DNA of 36,837 nt from a virus. Taxonomy: Duplodnaviria > Heunggongvirae > Uroviricota > Caudoviricetes. Of the stretch, positions 11,700 to 21,596 are shown piece after piece; within the stretch, counting starts at the first letter, position 1, and each line of letters starts with the position of its first letter. The translations under genes and the position numbers were made by a program. The stretch lies in IMG/VR virus record IMGVR_UViG_2541047941_000005. The stretch is one strand, 5' to 3'. The notes beneath the pieces were generated by a model. The model saw nothing but the letters and a program-made list of their open reading frames with translations. It searched no databases and was not told the origin of the DNA.

Positions 11700-12349
11700 T
11701 TGTCGGTGTACCTCTCTCGTTTGCTCAGTTGTTCAGGAATATGGTGCAGCAGCTCGCTGTCACCACAGTAAATGGCGGCATGATTCGGCACCGATGAACC
11801 AAAACAGCACAGCAGCACATCGCCCGGCTGCGCCGCTGACAACGGCACCTGATACAACCCTGTGGCCTCCAGATTATCCAGATAGAGATTCTGACCGTGA
11901 CGCCACCAGTCATCCTCGCGATGAAAATCCGGCATCTCAATCCCCGCCAGATGGTAAGCATCCCGGAACAGCGTGTAACAGTCCGTCACCCCGTGCTCAA
12001 AGCGCCGCCCGGAAAGATGTGGCACACAGCGGAACTTGTGAATCGCCCCCCGGCAAACCAGCCACCACGGCAAATCACTCTGCACCTGCAGCCGCCGGTC
12101 GGTCTCACTCAGCCAGGGCAGACCACCGGGGTGGCTGTGGACCAGCGCCACAATCTCACCCTGCATCTCTGCCCGCAGCCAGTCCTCCGGCGACATCCGG
12201 AAATACGCCTCCGGCTCACCGGAGATATTCACGCAGGGAAAATATCTTTCCCCCTCCGGTGTTCTCACCACGAAGCCGCACGACTCTGCTGACGCACATC
12301 GCCGGGCGTGCGCCAGAATCGCTGATTCTGTCTCTGTCATGGGATTCAC
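11597..12349 (-). CDS. K: Tail tip assembly protein K (JAB/MPN + NlpC/P60-like), up to 250 aa
   Basis: Lambda K-like sequence (HSHPGG... metalloprotease motif, CGDSELLHH); ATG overlaps L stop (ATGA); 3' end overlaps I by 103 bp as in lambda. An internal start at M52 would give the lambda-annotated 199-aa form. Confidence 0.85.
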   Translation of the reverse strand: MNPMTETESAILAHARRCASAESCGFVVRTPEGERYFPCVNISGEPEAYFRMSPEDWLRAEMQGEIVALVHSHPGGLPWLSETDRRLQVQSDLPWWLVCRGAIHKFRCVPHLSGRRFEHGVTDCYTLFRDAYHLAGIEMPDFHREDDWWRHGQNLYLDNLEATGLYQVPLSAAQPGDVLLCCFGSSVPNHAAIYCGDSELLHHIPEQLSKRERYTDKWQRRTHSLWRHRAWHASAFTGIYNDLAAASTFE

Positions 12350-13044
12350 TGCGAAAGTTTGTTAATGGAAAGGAAGCCGCCAAAGTTGCCGACGTTATTG
12401 CGGAACTTACAACCGCTCAGGCATTTGCTGCATTTATCCTTCGTGATATCGGACGTTGGCTGGTCATATTCATCCGCGACCGCCGGACCGTGATAACCGC
12501 ACTCATCGCCGCGATAGGTCCAGGTGCAGGTGTTGGCCAGCATGATACGTCCCGGAAAAACAGCGCCGTCCGTTTCCGTCGGCGTGGACAGTACAAAAGA
12601 GGCACTCACCGCGCTCAGTTCGCTGCACTGCTCAATGCGCCAGCGGCTGATCACCTCCTGCTCCGGATCGGCGTCACTGTTTCCGTTGACGAAGTTCACC
12701 GCATCCAGAAAACGGGCGTAAACCTTACGCCGGACCACCGTTCCTCCGACCAGACTCTGCAGGTCTTCCGCCATCCCGGTGACCATGCCGTGCAGGTTAG
12801 AAACCGTCAGTGTCGGACGGGCAGCACTGCCTTTGCCGTTCAGTTCAAATCCCGTCCCCTGAATGGGATACGCCTGATACTGTCGCCCCTGCCAGGTGAC
12901 CGGCTCACCTTTATCGTTCTGCTCATTACAGAAAAAATAACGTTCTCCACCGACCACTGTCAGATCGATTTCCCAGAGCACCACCTGGGCTGACTGAGTG
13001 AGGCATGTCGTCTCATGATGTGTTTCCTGTGGAATATCCTGCAT
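12346..13044 (-). CDS. L: Tail tip protein L (232 aa)
   Basis: Length and sequence as in lambda L, with C-terminal Cys cluster CSKCLSGCKF. Confidence 0.9.
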   Translation of the reverse strand: MQDIPQETHHETTCLTQSAQVVLWEIDLTVVGGERYFFCNEQNDKGEPVTWQGRQYQAYPIQGTGFELNGKGSAARPTLTVSNLHGMVTGMAEDLQSLVGGTVVRRKVYARFLDAVNFVNGNSDADPEQEVISRWRIEQCSELSAVSASFVLSTPTETDGAVFPGRIMLANTCTWTYRGDECGYHGPAVADEYDQPTSDITKDKCSKCLSGCKFRNNVGNFGGFLSINKLSQ

Positions 13045-13053
13045 CAGAGACTC

Positions 13054-13383
13054 CTATGCCACGACCTGTTCAAAATCTGCCGTTATGGTTACCCACAACG
13101 CCCCCACGCTTGCCGACCATTTACGACAAACCACCCTGATCGGCTTCCAGTCATAAGGTGGCGTCCACTGAAATGCGCGGACGCCACCGTGCCGTTCCAG
13201 AAAGGCTTTTAAAGATGGGTGTTCACATTTACGAACACGTATCGTCACGCTGTAAATCGACAACTGGTTATTCAGTCCCGCCGCACGACGCTGTTCATAA
13301 CCATCGCCCAGCTTCACTGTCACCACTTTCGGCTCTGATACCACATTCATATCCGGGCGCACTTTCCAGTGAAACGTCTCCAT
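13054..13383 (-). CDS. M: Tail tip protein M (109 aa)
   Basis: Length and position as lambda M; start overlaps H stop. Confidence 0.9.
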   Translation of the reverse strand: METFHWKVRPDMNVVSEPKVVTVKLGDGYEQRRAAGLNNQLSIYSVTIRVRKCEHPSLKAFLERHGGVRAFQWTPPYDWKPIRVVCRKWSASVGALWVTITADFEQVVA

Positions 13384-16300
13384 TACCGATATGCTCCACT
13401 TAACCGACCACCATCACGGGCCTGCTGTTGCATAAAGTCCGCTGCCGCTTTTTTCCCAAGGTCATAAACCACCTTCAGGGCAGCCGGACCTATCTGCCCG
13501 TTCGTGCCATCGTTATTGATCTCGATGTTGTACTGCGGGGCAAACATCGCCATACCTGAACCACCAATATCCGCCACAACCCCCAGCTTACCGTCAGCAC
13601 CACGACGCAGTGGCAGAATGGCTTCAGGTCCAGCTTCCCCCATCACACCCGCGCCTTTTGCAAAAGCAAAAAACGTCGGACGGTTAACCACCGTGCCACT
13701 GTAACGACTCAAATCAGCAGACTGATAAATCCCCCCATTGGCATTCAGGGAAAGGCTGCTGAGATCAAATCCCAGTACACTGCCAATCCCTTTTATCGAT
13801 TTCATCATGGTTGCCTGCGCCAGGATTTTCGCCATATCTGACAGCACCGAAGAGGTGAAGGATTTGAAGTTGAGTTTGCCGGTAGTGACAAAAGTTGCCA
13901 GGCCATTTCCCATGTTGCTGAAGGCTGACGAGAACACCTGTTCTGCTGTTCCTGCCGTATTATCTGCATCCACGGTAAAATCCTGAAATGCACGCAGGAC
14001 TCCGTTTTTCCAGTTACCCTGCACAACTTCAAGCTGTTGCCAGTAACGGCGATTCTCATTCAGTTGTCGGTTCAGGCTCTCCGTCAGCGCCTGCTCGGCC
14101 TTTCTGTAGTCATCCGTGTTATATGTCCCTTTCTGCTCACTATCCCGCCTCAACTGCTCCAGCTGTTGCTGGTATTTCTGGCGAAGACTCAGTTGTACCT
14201 GATATCGCTGCCGCTGCTGATCACCCATACCCACCGTGGCGATATCCAGGTCATGTTGCTGGCGCTGAGCGCGCTCTTCTTCAGCCAGTTGACTGGTCAG
14301 CTGAATTGTTTTTTTCTTCAGATCGTTGAGTGCCGTCTGTTTCTGAAGCTCCTGCTGTTTTACATCCAGCAGCGTCAGTGCCTGAATCAGTTCATCTTTA
14401 CGGGCCAGCACACTCTTTTCATCTGCCGTCAGTTTTTTCCCGTCCAGATCGCTGATGCGCTGCTGCAGAGCCAGAAGCTGTTTATGCGCTTCTGTCATCT
14501 TTTCAGTGGCAATGCCTGCTGACTGTCTTGCAGCAGCAATCTGTCCTTCCACCTGTGCCTGTTGCTGACTGTACTGCAGCAATAACCGGGTGGCCTCATC
14601 ATTACGGGTTTCGCGTGTTTTTTTCTTACCGGATGCCAGGGCTTTCTCGTAACGTTCATTTTCACGTTGTATCGCTGCATCCCTGACAGCCTGATCGGCG
14701 TACTGCATGGAATTAATACGCGCAATTTCACGCTGATGTCGTGCTGCTTCCGTTTCATTCATCCGGTTCAGAGCAGCATTTTCAGCATTACGTCGTTTCT
14801 GTTGCTCCTGATAATTCCGCTCTGCCTGCTCTTTTGCATCCTGCAAATCCTTCTGGCGTTTTTTCTCCTGAAGATCGTTAAGACGCTGCTGATCGTATTC
14901 AACCTGAGAAGATGATGCCGTCCAGGGGAGTCTTTTCGCCCGCGACACTTTCTCCTGTAAAGCGGCAATCTGTTCATCCAGCGAGTCTTCACGACCAATA
15001 TTCATGGCCGCATCCCAGAAACGACTCCACAAATCAGACAGATACTTCAGCGTACTGCCAAGCGCATTGAGGTTATTATCAATATCCGCAGTACGCCGAC
15101 CGGTTTCCTCTGCCAGTGCAGACATGGCTATCCGTGCAGCATCACTGGACCGCCCCTGCTCCCCAAGGACGCGTATCTGCTCAAGCTGAGTGGCAGTAAG
15201 AAAATGCAGCTCATTGTCCAGAGCCTTCGCGGCATTTACAGGATCATCCTTCAGCCGCTTAAACTGATTTATGGTATCGCTGACCGACTGGCCAACCGAT
15301 CGCTCCATCTGTGCGGCAGCTCTCGCCACCATACCGATATCGTTTCCACGAAATGCACCACTCCCCACCACCTGAGCCAGCGCACCGGCTGCAGCATGTT
15401 GCGTGATACCATTCCCGGAAATAGCACGACTGAGCGTCCACAGCTGCCCGGCAGTGACTCCGGCATAATGCCCCGTCAGCGACAACTGGCGGTTAAATTC
15501 TTCCCCCTCCTTCTGACCGTCATACCAGGCTTTACCCAGACCATAGACGGCCGCGGCAATACCGCCAATAACCCCGCCAAGCATCATGCCTTTCGGTGAC
15601 ATCAGTGTGTCTATCCATCCGGCACGGTTAGCCAGCGTTATCCCGGATCCCCTCAGCGCCCCTAAATTGCCGCGGGCCAGTTCACCTATCAGAACGCCTA
15701 TCTCCTGGCGGGCTGCTGCACTTTTCAGACCCAGCGAATGCGTGGCTTTTCCTGCCTGCTCCATTTTGCGGATATACACTTCTGCAGCACTGCTTACCCC
15801 CAGCTGGGCTGCCTTGGCACGAAGCAACTCAGAAGATGAAAGATTCTGGCGGGTTGCCTGCTCTTTAAGCTGACGGATAAACGCCACTTTCTGTCGGGTA
15901 GCCTCTTCCTCAGCCTGTGTAAGAACACGGGTTTTCGCAGTAACCTCAGAAATCAGCGCCAGATAATCCTGCTGACCAATCCCGCCACTGTTTCTGGCCT
16001 GTCGGATCTGCTGCTGAATACGCTGTAATTCCTGCAGCCCCGCACTGGCCTGTTTCACACTGTCAATCTGACGATAAAACGCAGCAGCCGCTTTATCCTG
16101 AGCCTCCGCCAGAGCCATGGCCTGCGCCTGTTCCTCGCGCATTTTCTGGCTCAGCGCCTCCATGCGCTGGCGGGTTTTCTCCACCTCGCGGGCCATGCGT
16201 TCATGAGCCTGTGCGTTCTTCTCCACCGTCTGCGCATGGACGGATGCGGCTGTTGCAGCCGAAGAAGCCGCCTGCGTTGTCTGCCGGGCGGCCTGAGTCT

Positions 16301-16448
16301 GACGCTCCATAAAACGCTGCATACGGGCAGAAGACCGTTCTGCATCGCTGGCTGCACCATTCAGAAGGTTTTTGATACGGGGAATTTCATTTTTAAACTC
16401 TGCCGCATCAATCCCCAAATCAATGACCAGGTTGGCTATCTGGTCCAT
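13383..16448 (-). CDS. H: Tail tape measure protein H (about 1021 aa)
   Basis: Start MDQIANLVIDLGIDAAEF resembles lambda H MAEPVGDLVVDLSLDAARF; long coiled-coil region; C-terminus NNDGTNGQIGPAALK... as in lambda H. Confidence 0.9.
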   Translation of the reverse strand: MDQIANLVIDLGIDAAEFKNEIPRIKNLLNGAASDAERSSARMQRFMERQTQAARQTTQAASSAATAASVHAQTVEKNAQAHERMAREVEKTRQRMEALSQKMREEQAQAMALAEAQDKAAAAFYRQIDSVKQASAGLQELQRIQQQIRQARNSGGIGQQDYLALISEVTAKTRVLTQAEEEATRQKVAFIRQLKEQATRQNLSSSELLRAKAAQLGVSSAAEVYIRKMEQAGKATHSLGLKSAAARQEIGVLIGELARGNLGALRGSGITLANRAGWIDTLMSPKGMMLGGVIGGIAAAVYGLGKAWYDGQKEGEEFNRQLSLTGHYAGVTAGQLWTLSRAISGNGITQHAAAGALAQVVGSGAFRGNDIGMVARAAAQMERSVGQSVSDTINQFKRLKDDPVNAAKALDNELHFLTATQLEQIRVLGEQGRSSDAARIAMSALAEETGRRTADIDNNLNALGSTLKYLSDLWSRFWDAAMNIGREDSLDEQIAALQEKVSRAKRLPWTASSSQVEYDQQRLNDLQEKKRQKDLQDAKEQAERNYQEQQKRRNAENAALNRMNETEAARHQREIARINSMQYADQAVRDAAIQRENERYEKALASGKKKTRETRNDEATRLLLQYSQQQAQVEGQIAAARQSAGIATEKMTEAHKQLLALQQRISDLDGKKLTADEKSVLARKDELIQALTLLDVKQQELQKQTALNDLKKKTIQLTSQLAEEERAQRQQHDLDIATVGMGDQQRQRYQVQLSLRQKYQQQLEQLRRDSEQKGTYNTDDYRKAEQALTESLNRQLNENRRYWQQLEVVQGNWKNGVLRAFQDFTVDADNTAGTAEQVFSSAFSNMGNGLATFVTTGKLNFKSFTSSVLSDMAKILAQATMMKSIKGIGSVLGFDLSSLSLNANGGIYQSADLSRYSGTVVNRPTFFAFAKGAGVMGEAGPEAILPLRRGADGKLGVVADIGGSGMAMFAPQYNIEINNDGTNGQIGPAALKVVYDLGKKAAADFMQQQARDGGRLSGAYR

Positions 16449-16770
16449 AACGCACACCTCCGGAAATACCTTCCCCAAGATGCATCAGTTCTTCGTCCGT
16501 TCGCTCCGGTATCCCGTTCTCTTCCGGTAAAAGGCTGAAATCAGCCACCGCAGCATCACTGCTGCCGGACACCATTCTCACGATCAATGCCTTCAGCGAG
16601 GCAAACTGCGCATCCATCCACACATCACTGAAGCTCTGCATCCGGAAATAATCGCCCCACTCACCAAGCTCAGTGGCCGACATTTCCGACAGCATCCGCC
16701 GCCAGTCTGCCCGCCTGAACTCCCGGGCAAGCCGCATGACAAACTGCATTTCCCGCGTCAGGACTTTTCC
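16420..16770 (-). CDS. T: T reading frame (tail assembly chaperone G-T extension, made by -1 frameshift from G)
   Basis: This frame is -1 relative to G, opens just upstream of the G stop and overlaps the H start, as for lambda G/T. Confidence 0.65.
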   Translation of the reverse strand, partial: GKVLTREMQFVMRLAREFRRADWRRMLSEMSATELGEWGDYFRMQSFSDVWMDAQFASLKALIVRMVSGSSDAAVADFSLLPEENGIPERTDEELMHLGEGISGGVRYGPDSQPGH

Positions 16771-17144
16771 GGCGTCAGCACCTCATGCTCCAAATCCCCG
16801 GCATTCTCAATGGCTCCCATACCGCTCAGCGACAGAACCATCTCCGCCCCCGTTCCCAGGGCATCATACGACCATGTTGTAATAACGGATGCGCAAAGCG
16901 TCTCAACATCCTGAGACTGTTCCGCATTCCACAGTGAGCGGGAAACCAGCCAGGCATTGATATCCATCCCCATCCGCAGAAAAGCAATCTGTCGTTCAGC
17001 CTCCGGCAGTTCTCCCTCTTCGGCATCAAACTTTGCCGTTCGCTGCTGAACAAACGCCAGATATTCAATTCTCTGCAGCCCGGACAGCTCACTGAGCACC
17101 ACGGACTGCTTTTCATAATTAAACGTGCCCTGTTTCAGAAACAT
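16758..17144 (-). CDS. G: Tail assembly chaperone G (about 128 aa)
   Basis: MMFLKQGTF...VVLSELSGLQRIEYLAF resembles lambda G; GGTGGAG Shine-Dalgarno upstream; tracker start at 17186 is TTG. Confidence 0.8.
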   Translation of the reverse strand: MFLKQGTFNYEKQSVVLSELSGLQRIEYLAFVQQRTAKFDAEEGELPEAERQIAFLRMGMDINAWLVSRSLWNAEQSQDVETLCASVITTWSYDALGTGAEMVLSLSGMGAIENAGDLEHEVLTPEKS

Positions 17145-17160
17145 CATGTTCTCCACCTGC

Positions 17161-17184
17161 AAAAAAGCCCCGGATAACCGGGGC
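17161..17184 (-). terminator. Hairpin/partial terminator between V and G
   Basis: Minus strand gccccgg-ttat-ccggggc followed by TTTTTT. Confidence 0.5.
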
Positions 17185-17204
17185 AAATGATGAGTATCGT
17201 CCTG

Positions 17205-17948
17205 TTAACCTGCGGCGCTGACAGCCACCGTAGCCACTGCCACAAAATCGCCGTCAGAAGTCATGCCCACAATGCTGACACTGCCCTGCTTCACGCCTTT
17301 CACCGTGGCCACAAGCCCGTTCAGGGTCACCGTGGCAGTCTGTGGATCTGTCGAATGCACACTGATCGCTTTGTCACTGGCTCCGTCAGGTTTTACTGTA
17401 AAGGTCAGCGTGGTGGTTGCTCCCACTTTTACACTGGCAGATGCCGGTGCCACCGTCAGCCCGGTAACGCCCACGGTTTCAGTGCCTTCCTCTGCCAGAT
17501 ACGGACGCCCCACACCGCTGATTTTCACTGTGCGGGTCATCACGTCTTTTGAAGCAATGGTTTTACCCAGTGAACTCAGCCAGCCACGGAAAACATCAAC
17601 AGTACCGTTGGGATATTTGATACGAAACGCGCAGACTTCACCGGAGTCGAACAACTGAACCAGTTTTTTCTGCCCGCTGTCCCCCGGACGCCAGGCCAGC
17701 GTCGCCGAAGTATCACCGACTGATTTCTGCCCCTGGGTTGTCGTTTTCCAGTCTGCATCTTCATCATCGAGATAAGTGTCATCTTCTGCATCAGCGGTCA
17801 TTTCGCCAGGTTGCAGATCCTTCACCATCGCAAGACGCAGCCAGTCAGTGTCCGATAAAGGGTTCACAAACGCATCGCCCTTGCCGGTATACATCCAGAA
17901 CGTCGTTCCCGCACCTTTCGTTTTTGCCAGTGGATTTGGTGTGGTCAT
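17205..17948 (-). CDS. V: Major tail protein V with C-terminal Ig-like (Big_2-type) domain, 247 aa
   Basis: AAGGAGG Shine-Dalgarno 5 nt upstream of ATG at 17948; lambda V-like core plus C-terminal Ig-like segment (TVAPASASVKVGATTTLTFTVKP...). Confidence 0.9.
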   Translation of the reverse strand: MTTPNPLAKTKGAGTTFWMYTGKGDAFVNPLSDTDWLRLAMVKDLQPGEMTADAEDDTYLDDEDADWKTTTQGQKSVGDTSATLAWRPGDSGQKKLVQLFDSGEVCAFRIKYPNGTVDVFRGWLSSLGKTIASKDVMTRTVKISGVGRPYLAEEGTETVGVTGLTVAPASASVKVGATTTLTFTVKPDGASDKAISVHSTDPQTATVTLNGLVATVKGVKQGSVSIVGMTSDGDFVAVATVAVSAAG

Positions 17949-17958
17949 TACCACCTCC

Positions 17959-18360
17959 TTAATTCGTGTACGTGATCTGGTACGTGATTTCCGCCATCGC
18001 CCAGGTGGCCATCTCATTATCACGTTGATAGTTAAAACCGAGTGGGATCAGGGTGTCGATGAGTCCGGAAAGTGCTGGTACATCATTCAGGGCCGGGAAA
18101 ATGGTGCTCTCCATCCACATATCCAGCTCTGAATCCGGTGCCTGTGCCCGGATGAAGACAGCAATATGCAGAACAGCCTGCCAGTCATCTTCATCCGTCA
18201 TTTTTCCGGTGTACTGAGCATCACTCAGCCACACCGCCACGGCAGGCAGTTCCTGCGCATCAACAAATGCCGGAAGCCCGTCAAAAAACGTGGCGCTGTC
18301 TCCACACTGTTCCCGAAGGCGTGCCAGTACGACCTGGCGGATTTGTGTATGTCGGTTCAT
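17959..18360 (-). CDS. U: Tail terminator protein U (133 aa)
   Basis: ATG overlaps Z stop (ATGA); sequence similar to lambda U (TFFDG...PAVAV...YTG...ELHI). Confidence 0.85.
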   Translation of the reverse strand: MNRHTQIRQVVLARLREQCGDSATFFDGLPAFVDAQELPAVAVWLSDAQYTGKMTDEDDWQAVLHIAVFIRAQAPDSELDMWMESTIFPALNDVPALSGLIDTLIPLGFNYQRDNEMATWAMAEITYQITYTN

Positions 18361-18935
18361 CGGGTCAGCCATAACCTCAGTTGTTGTTTCAGTGCATACC
18401 CCAGCTGTTTCGGCATTTCCGCAGCAATGATGTGGTCGCGGGCATCTTCAAATGCCTGTGTCAGCGGTCCGGACAGCGGGATTTTCACCACATCAATGGG
18501 GTAACGATTTTTGCCATCAATACGTCGCATCACATGCCAGCGACCATTCGCCAGTTGCTGAATAAACGCATCCCGGAAAAGATATTTACCCACCTTCAGC
18601 ACACTGCCACGGTACTGCAGTTTTCCACCACGCCGGGCCAGTCTGACCCGGGCTGTCCCCAGCTTAATGGCGGGCAGATTGCCCCGGTTAACGCGGATCC
18701 TGGCCGTCATTTTTCCTGACGGACTGGCTTTAAACACCCGGACACGCTGACGTACCAGTTTCAGGGGGATCCCTTTCACCTGGTTATCTCCCGCAACGGT
18801 ATTCCCGGCAACCTGCCGGGTGGCAACCGAGACCGCTTTCTGTGCCACACGGTTTATCGCCCATGCGCTGGCCTGTGGCACCATACGGGTATCAAGGCTG
18901 TTCAGATTGCGGATGGCATTCTCAAGCCCCTTCAT
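18357..18935 (-). CDS. Z: Tail completion protein Z (192 aa)
   Basis: Start MKGLENAIRNLNSLD with GAGG Shine-Dalgarno; position between FII and U. Confidence 0.85.
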   Translation of the reverse strand: MKGLENAIRNLNSLDTRMVPQASAWAINRVAQKAVSVATRQVAGNTVAGDNQVKGIPLKLVRQRVRVFKASPSGKMTARIRVNRGNLPAIKLGTARVRLARRGGKLQYRGSVLKVGKYLFRDAFIQQLANGRWHVMRRIDGKNRYPIDVVKIPLSGPLTQAFEDARDHIIAAEMPKQLGYALKQQLRLWLTR

Positions 18936-18946
18936 CCCACACCTCA

Positions 18947-19222
18947 TTACTCAATAAAGATCATTGGCTTACCGTTAAAACGTTCATGCCGTGTGACCGT
19001 CCATTGTTGTCCGTCATAAACAACGCGATCCCCGCGCCGTGGGCGGTATCCCGAAGAAAACACCACCAGAGAGACCGCAGGTCCGGACAGAGCATTCAGC
19101 TCTGCCAGTGTTTCTCCCGGGATCACAGTCATATCGACATCATTAATCGAGGCTGTCTTTCCCATCTTTCTGACCGTGATCGCATCCATACGCGCTGCCA
19201 GCCGGGAAAAGGGATCAGACAT
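18947..19222 (-). CDS. Head-tail joining protein (FII-like), 91 aa
   Basis: Size and position between head genes and Z; weak resemblance to lambda FII. Confidence 0.55.
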   Translation of the reverse strand: MSDPFSRLAARMDAITVRKMGKTASINDVDMTVIPGETLAELNALSGPAVSLVVFSSGYRPRRGDRVVYDGQQWTVTRHERFNGKPMIFIE

Positions 19223-19538
19223 TGAGTTTTACCGGCACTTCTTCTGCACTGGTTCCGGCATCTGCCCAGACAACCCCGACCAGCGGATCAGAGCCGCTGT
19301 TAGTCAGCTGAACTTTTCCTGACTTCAGATAAACCTTCTTACCCGTTTTCATGTCATCCGTTTTCAGCTTAGGCAGCATAAACACACCTTCGGTTATGCC
19401 GTCGCCTGTTTCTCCCTGTGGAATATCGGTCAGCGCCACCGCAAAAACATCACCCACCTGCACCAGATCTCCGCTGCTGATGGCTGCACTTGCAACAATC
19501 GCCACCGTTTTTCCTTCTTCTACAAAATTCTTTGCCAT
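19215..19538 (-). CDS. Small phage head protein (DUF2190-like; decoration/connector candidate), about 107 aa
   Basis: ATG at 19538 with GGAG Shine-Dalgarno; directly downstream of capsid gene. Confidence 0.4.
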   Translation of the reverse strand: MAKNFVEEGKTVAIVASAAISSGDLVQVGDVFAVALTDIPQGETGDGITEGVFMLPKLKTDDMKTGKKVYLKSGKVQLTNSGSDPLVGVVWADAGTSAEEVPVKLNV

Positions 19539-19581
19539 AACTGTCTCCGCACAGCCCCGTTCAGGGGCTGATTTCAGGTAC

Positions 19582-19600
19582 AAAAAAAGCCCTTACGGGC
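19582..19600 (-). terminator. Short hairpin + T-run downstream of capsid gene
   Basis: Minus strand gccc-gtaa-gggc followed by TTTTTTT. Confidence 0.4.
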
Positions 19601-19624
19601 CATCAGAGTTGTTGTCTGCGACGT

Positions 19625-21583
19625 TTACGCCGTACATTTCACCAGGCCGCGGTGATCAACTGGCGCAACACCAGCGTCAATACGCACTTTCGTTGTCACG
19701 CCATCCACACTGAAGCCCTCCATCTGATCAATATATGGCGTATCCACACCGTTGAGATAAGCCACTTCAATCGTATCGGAGCCTTTGGACGCAGCCAGGT
19801 AGAAGGTGGTCTGGCTGTTATCATCAAGACGAGGCTCTGCAATAACGGTCGCAAAATCTTTCACCGGGTTAATAATACCGGCGTTAATGTCAGCCCCCTT
19901 GACACTTGAGGAGCGAATGACCTGGTTAGCAACAGACTCCATCGCCGTCGGTACCAGTACGAACGCAGGACGAATATTCAGATGACGCTCACCCTCTTTC
20001 TGAACGCGCATCAACTGGCGGGCTTTATCCAGCGATGCCACGTCCATTGCCGCGCTCTCCAGTACGTTTGCATGTTTCGCTTTATCGAACAGACTTACAT
20101 TATCTGTGGAGATTTTCGGGTTAGACGTCAGAATGGCATAAACCAGATCGGCAATAGTGGATTTCGCCGCACGGCCCAGCTTCATCGGGACATCGGTCAG
20201 CATATTCAGATCATCATTGATAATGGCCTGACGGGTGATACTGAACAGCTCGCCATAGGTCGCCAGTGCAATAGTGGCCTGTTTATCTCCGGTGGTGACG
20301 TATTTATATTCTGCCCCTTCACGCACCTGACGCAGAGCACTGAAGCCCCCCATACCCACACGATGGGCAATTTTAAAATCAGACAACTGACCTTTCCGCG
20401 TCCACTGTTCATAGGTTTCAGGGGCATCTTCCCAGCCCTGCAGAATGGCTTTGTTCGCAACATCCAGCAGAATATTACCGAAGTCAGACGTACTGTGTAT
20501 GAACGCCGCACCGACCATCTGCATCGGGTTATAACTGGAAACACCAATACCACGTTCAGTCAGTGACATACGGGCATATTCACGCAGGGTCATCCCGTTG
20601 TAGACATTATCACGTTCAGTTTTTTCAAACCCGGCGCGCGCCATCAGCGCCTGGCGGATCCCGTCCCCCACAAAATTACCGTTACCGGCATAAATATGAG
20701 CCGGGGTATTTTTATTGGATGGCGTGGACTCGCGCCCCATCTCGTTCAACAGCTTTTCGCGGGCCTGCTCCAGCGAACATTCAGGATCGGCAAGACACTG
20801 AGCCTGCAACGACTGATAACGCCCGCCAAACATGGCAAACAGATCATTAATACCGTTTACACGCGCTTTTTGCTCTGCCAGGACCTGCGCACGGATGCTG
20901 TTTTCATCCACCACGGGTGCTGCTGCCTGCACTGGCGTCCGGGAGGCTGCAGGTCCATCATCCTGTACGCGTGGAGCACTGTTGCGTGGCGGAGTAATCA
21001 TATTTCGAATGGATTCCGGCATCTTTTTAAATTCCTCTGTACGTTTTGACTGAATACATGCCATTGCCTTAACGGCTGGTGTCACCTGATCAGCAAATCC
21101 CTGTGCCAGACATTCGGCACCGGACATCCAGGTCTCATCCGCCAGCATGGCAGCAATTTCATCGGTGGTTTTCCCGGTTTTCTGTGCATAAGCGGGTAAC
21201 AGAACCGCCTCAACTCTATCGAGCAGGTCGGCATAGGTGCGCATGTCCTCCGCATCACCGCCCGTAAAGCCAAATGGTTTATGAATCATCATGAAGGTGT
21301 TTTCCGGCATAATGACCGGGTTTCCTACCATCGCAATGACCGACGCCATTGACGCCGCCACACCGTCGACATAAACGGTAATGGACGCACCATGTGTTTT
21401 CAGCGCATTAAAAATGGCGATGCCTTCAAAGACATCGCCACCCGGTGAATTAATATGGAGATTAATGTGGGTGATATCGCCCAGTGCATTCAGATCACTG
21501 ATAAACTGCTTCGCTGTAACACCCCAGAAACCAATCTCGTCATAAATATAAATATCCGCGTCACTCTGGTGACCAGCCTGCAT
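19625..21583 (-). CDS. Prohead protease (ClpP/S14-like)/major capsid protein fusion, about 652 aa
   Basis: N-terminal ClpP-like region (DIYIYDEIG...INSPGGDVFEGIAIFNAL...ASMASVIAMVG), then Ala/Pro-rich linker, then a roughly 350-aa capsid-like domain; directly follows portal. Confidence 0.8.
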   Translation of the reverse strand: MQAGHQSDADIYIYDEIGFWGVTAKQFISDLNALGDITHINLHINSPGGDVFEGIAIFNALKTHGASITVYVDGVAASMASVIAMVGNPVIMPENTFMMIHKPFGFTGGDAEDMRTYADLLDRVEAVLLPAYAQKTGKTTDEIAAMLADETWMSGAECLAQGFADQVTPAVKAMACIQSKRTEEFKKMPESIRNMITPPRNSAPRVQDDGPAASRTPVQAAAPVVDENSIRAQVLAEQKARVNGINDLFAMFGGRYQSLQAQCLADPECSLEQAREKLLNEMGRESTPSNKNTPAHIYAGNGNFVGDGIRQALMARAGFEKTERDNVYNGMTLREYARMSLTERGIGVSSYNPMQMVGAAFIHSTSDFGNILLDVANKAILQGWEDAPETYEQWTRKGQLSDFKIAHRVGMGGFSALRQVREGAEYKYVTTGDKQATIALATYGELFSITRQAIINDDLNMLTDVPMKLGRAAKSTIADLVYAILTSNPKISTDNVSLFDKAKHANVLESAAMDVASLDKARQLMRVQKEGERHLNIRPAFVLVPTAMESVANQVIRSSSVKGADINAGIINPVKDFATVIAEPRLDDNSQTTFYLAASKGSDTIEVAYLNGVDTPYIDQMEGFSVDGVTTKVRIDAGVAPVDHRGLVKCTA

Positions 21584-21596
21584 CCTGAACCAGGAA

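Noticed and set aside
11650-12993. 447-aa plus-strand ORF
   Set aside because: Antisense to K and L; Pro/Arg/Ser-rich low-complexity translation; no start context.
19982-20566. 194-aa plus-strand ORF (and other ORFs antisense to the capsid, portal and terminase genes)
   Set aside because: Antisense to well-supported structural genes; no ribosome-binding site.
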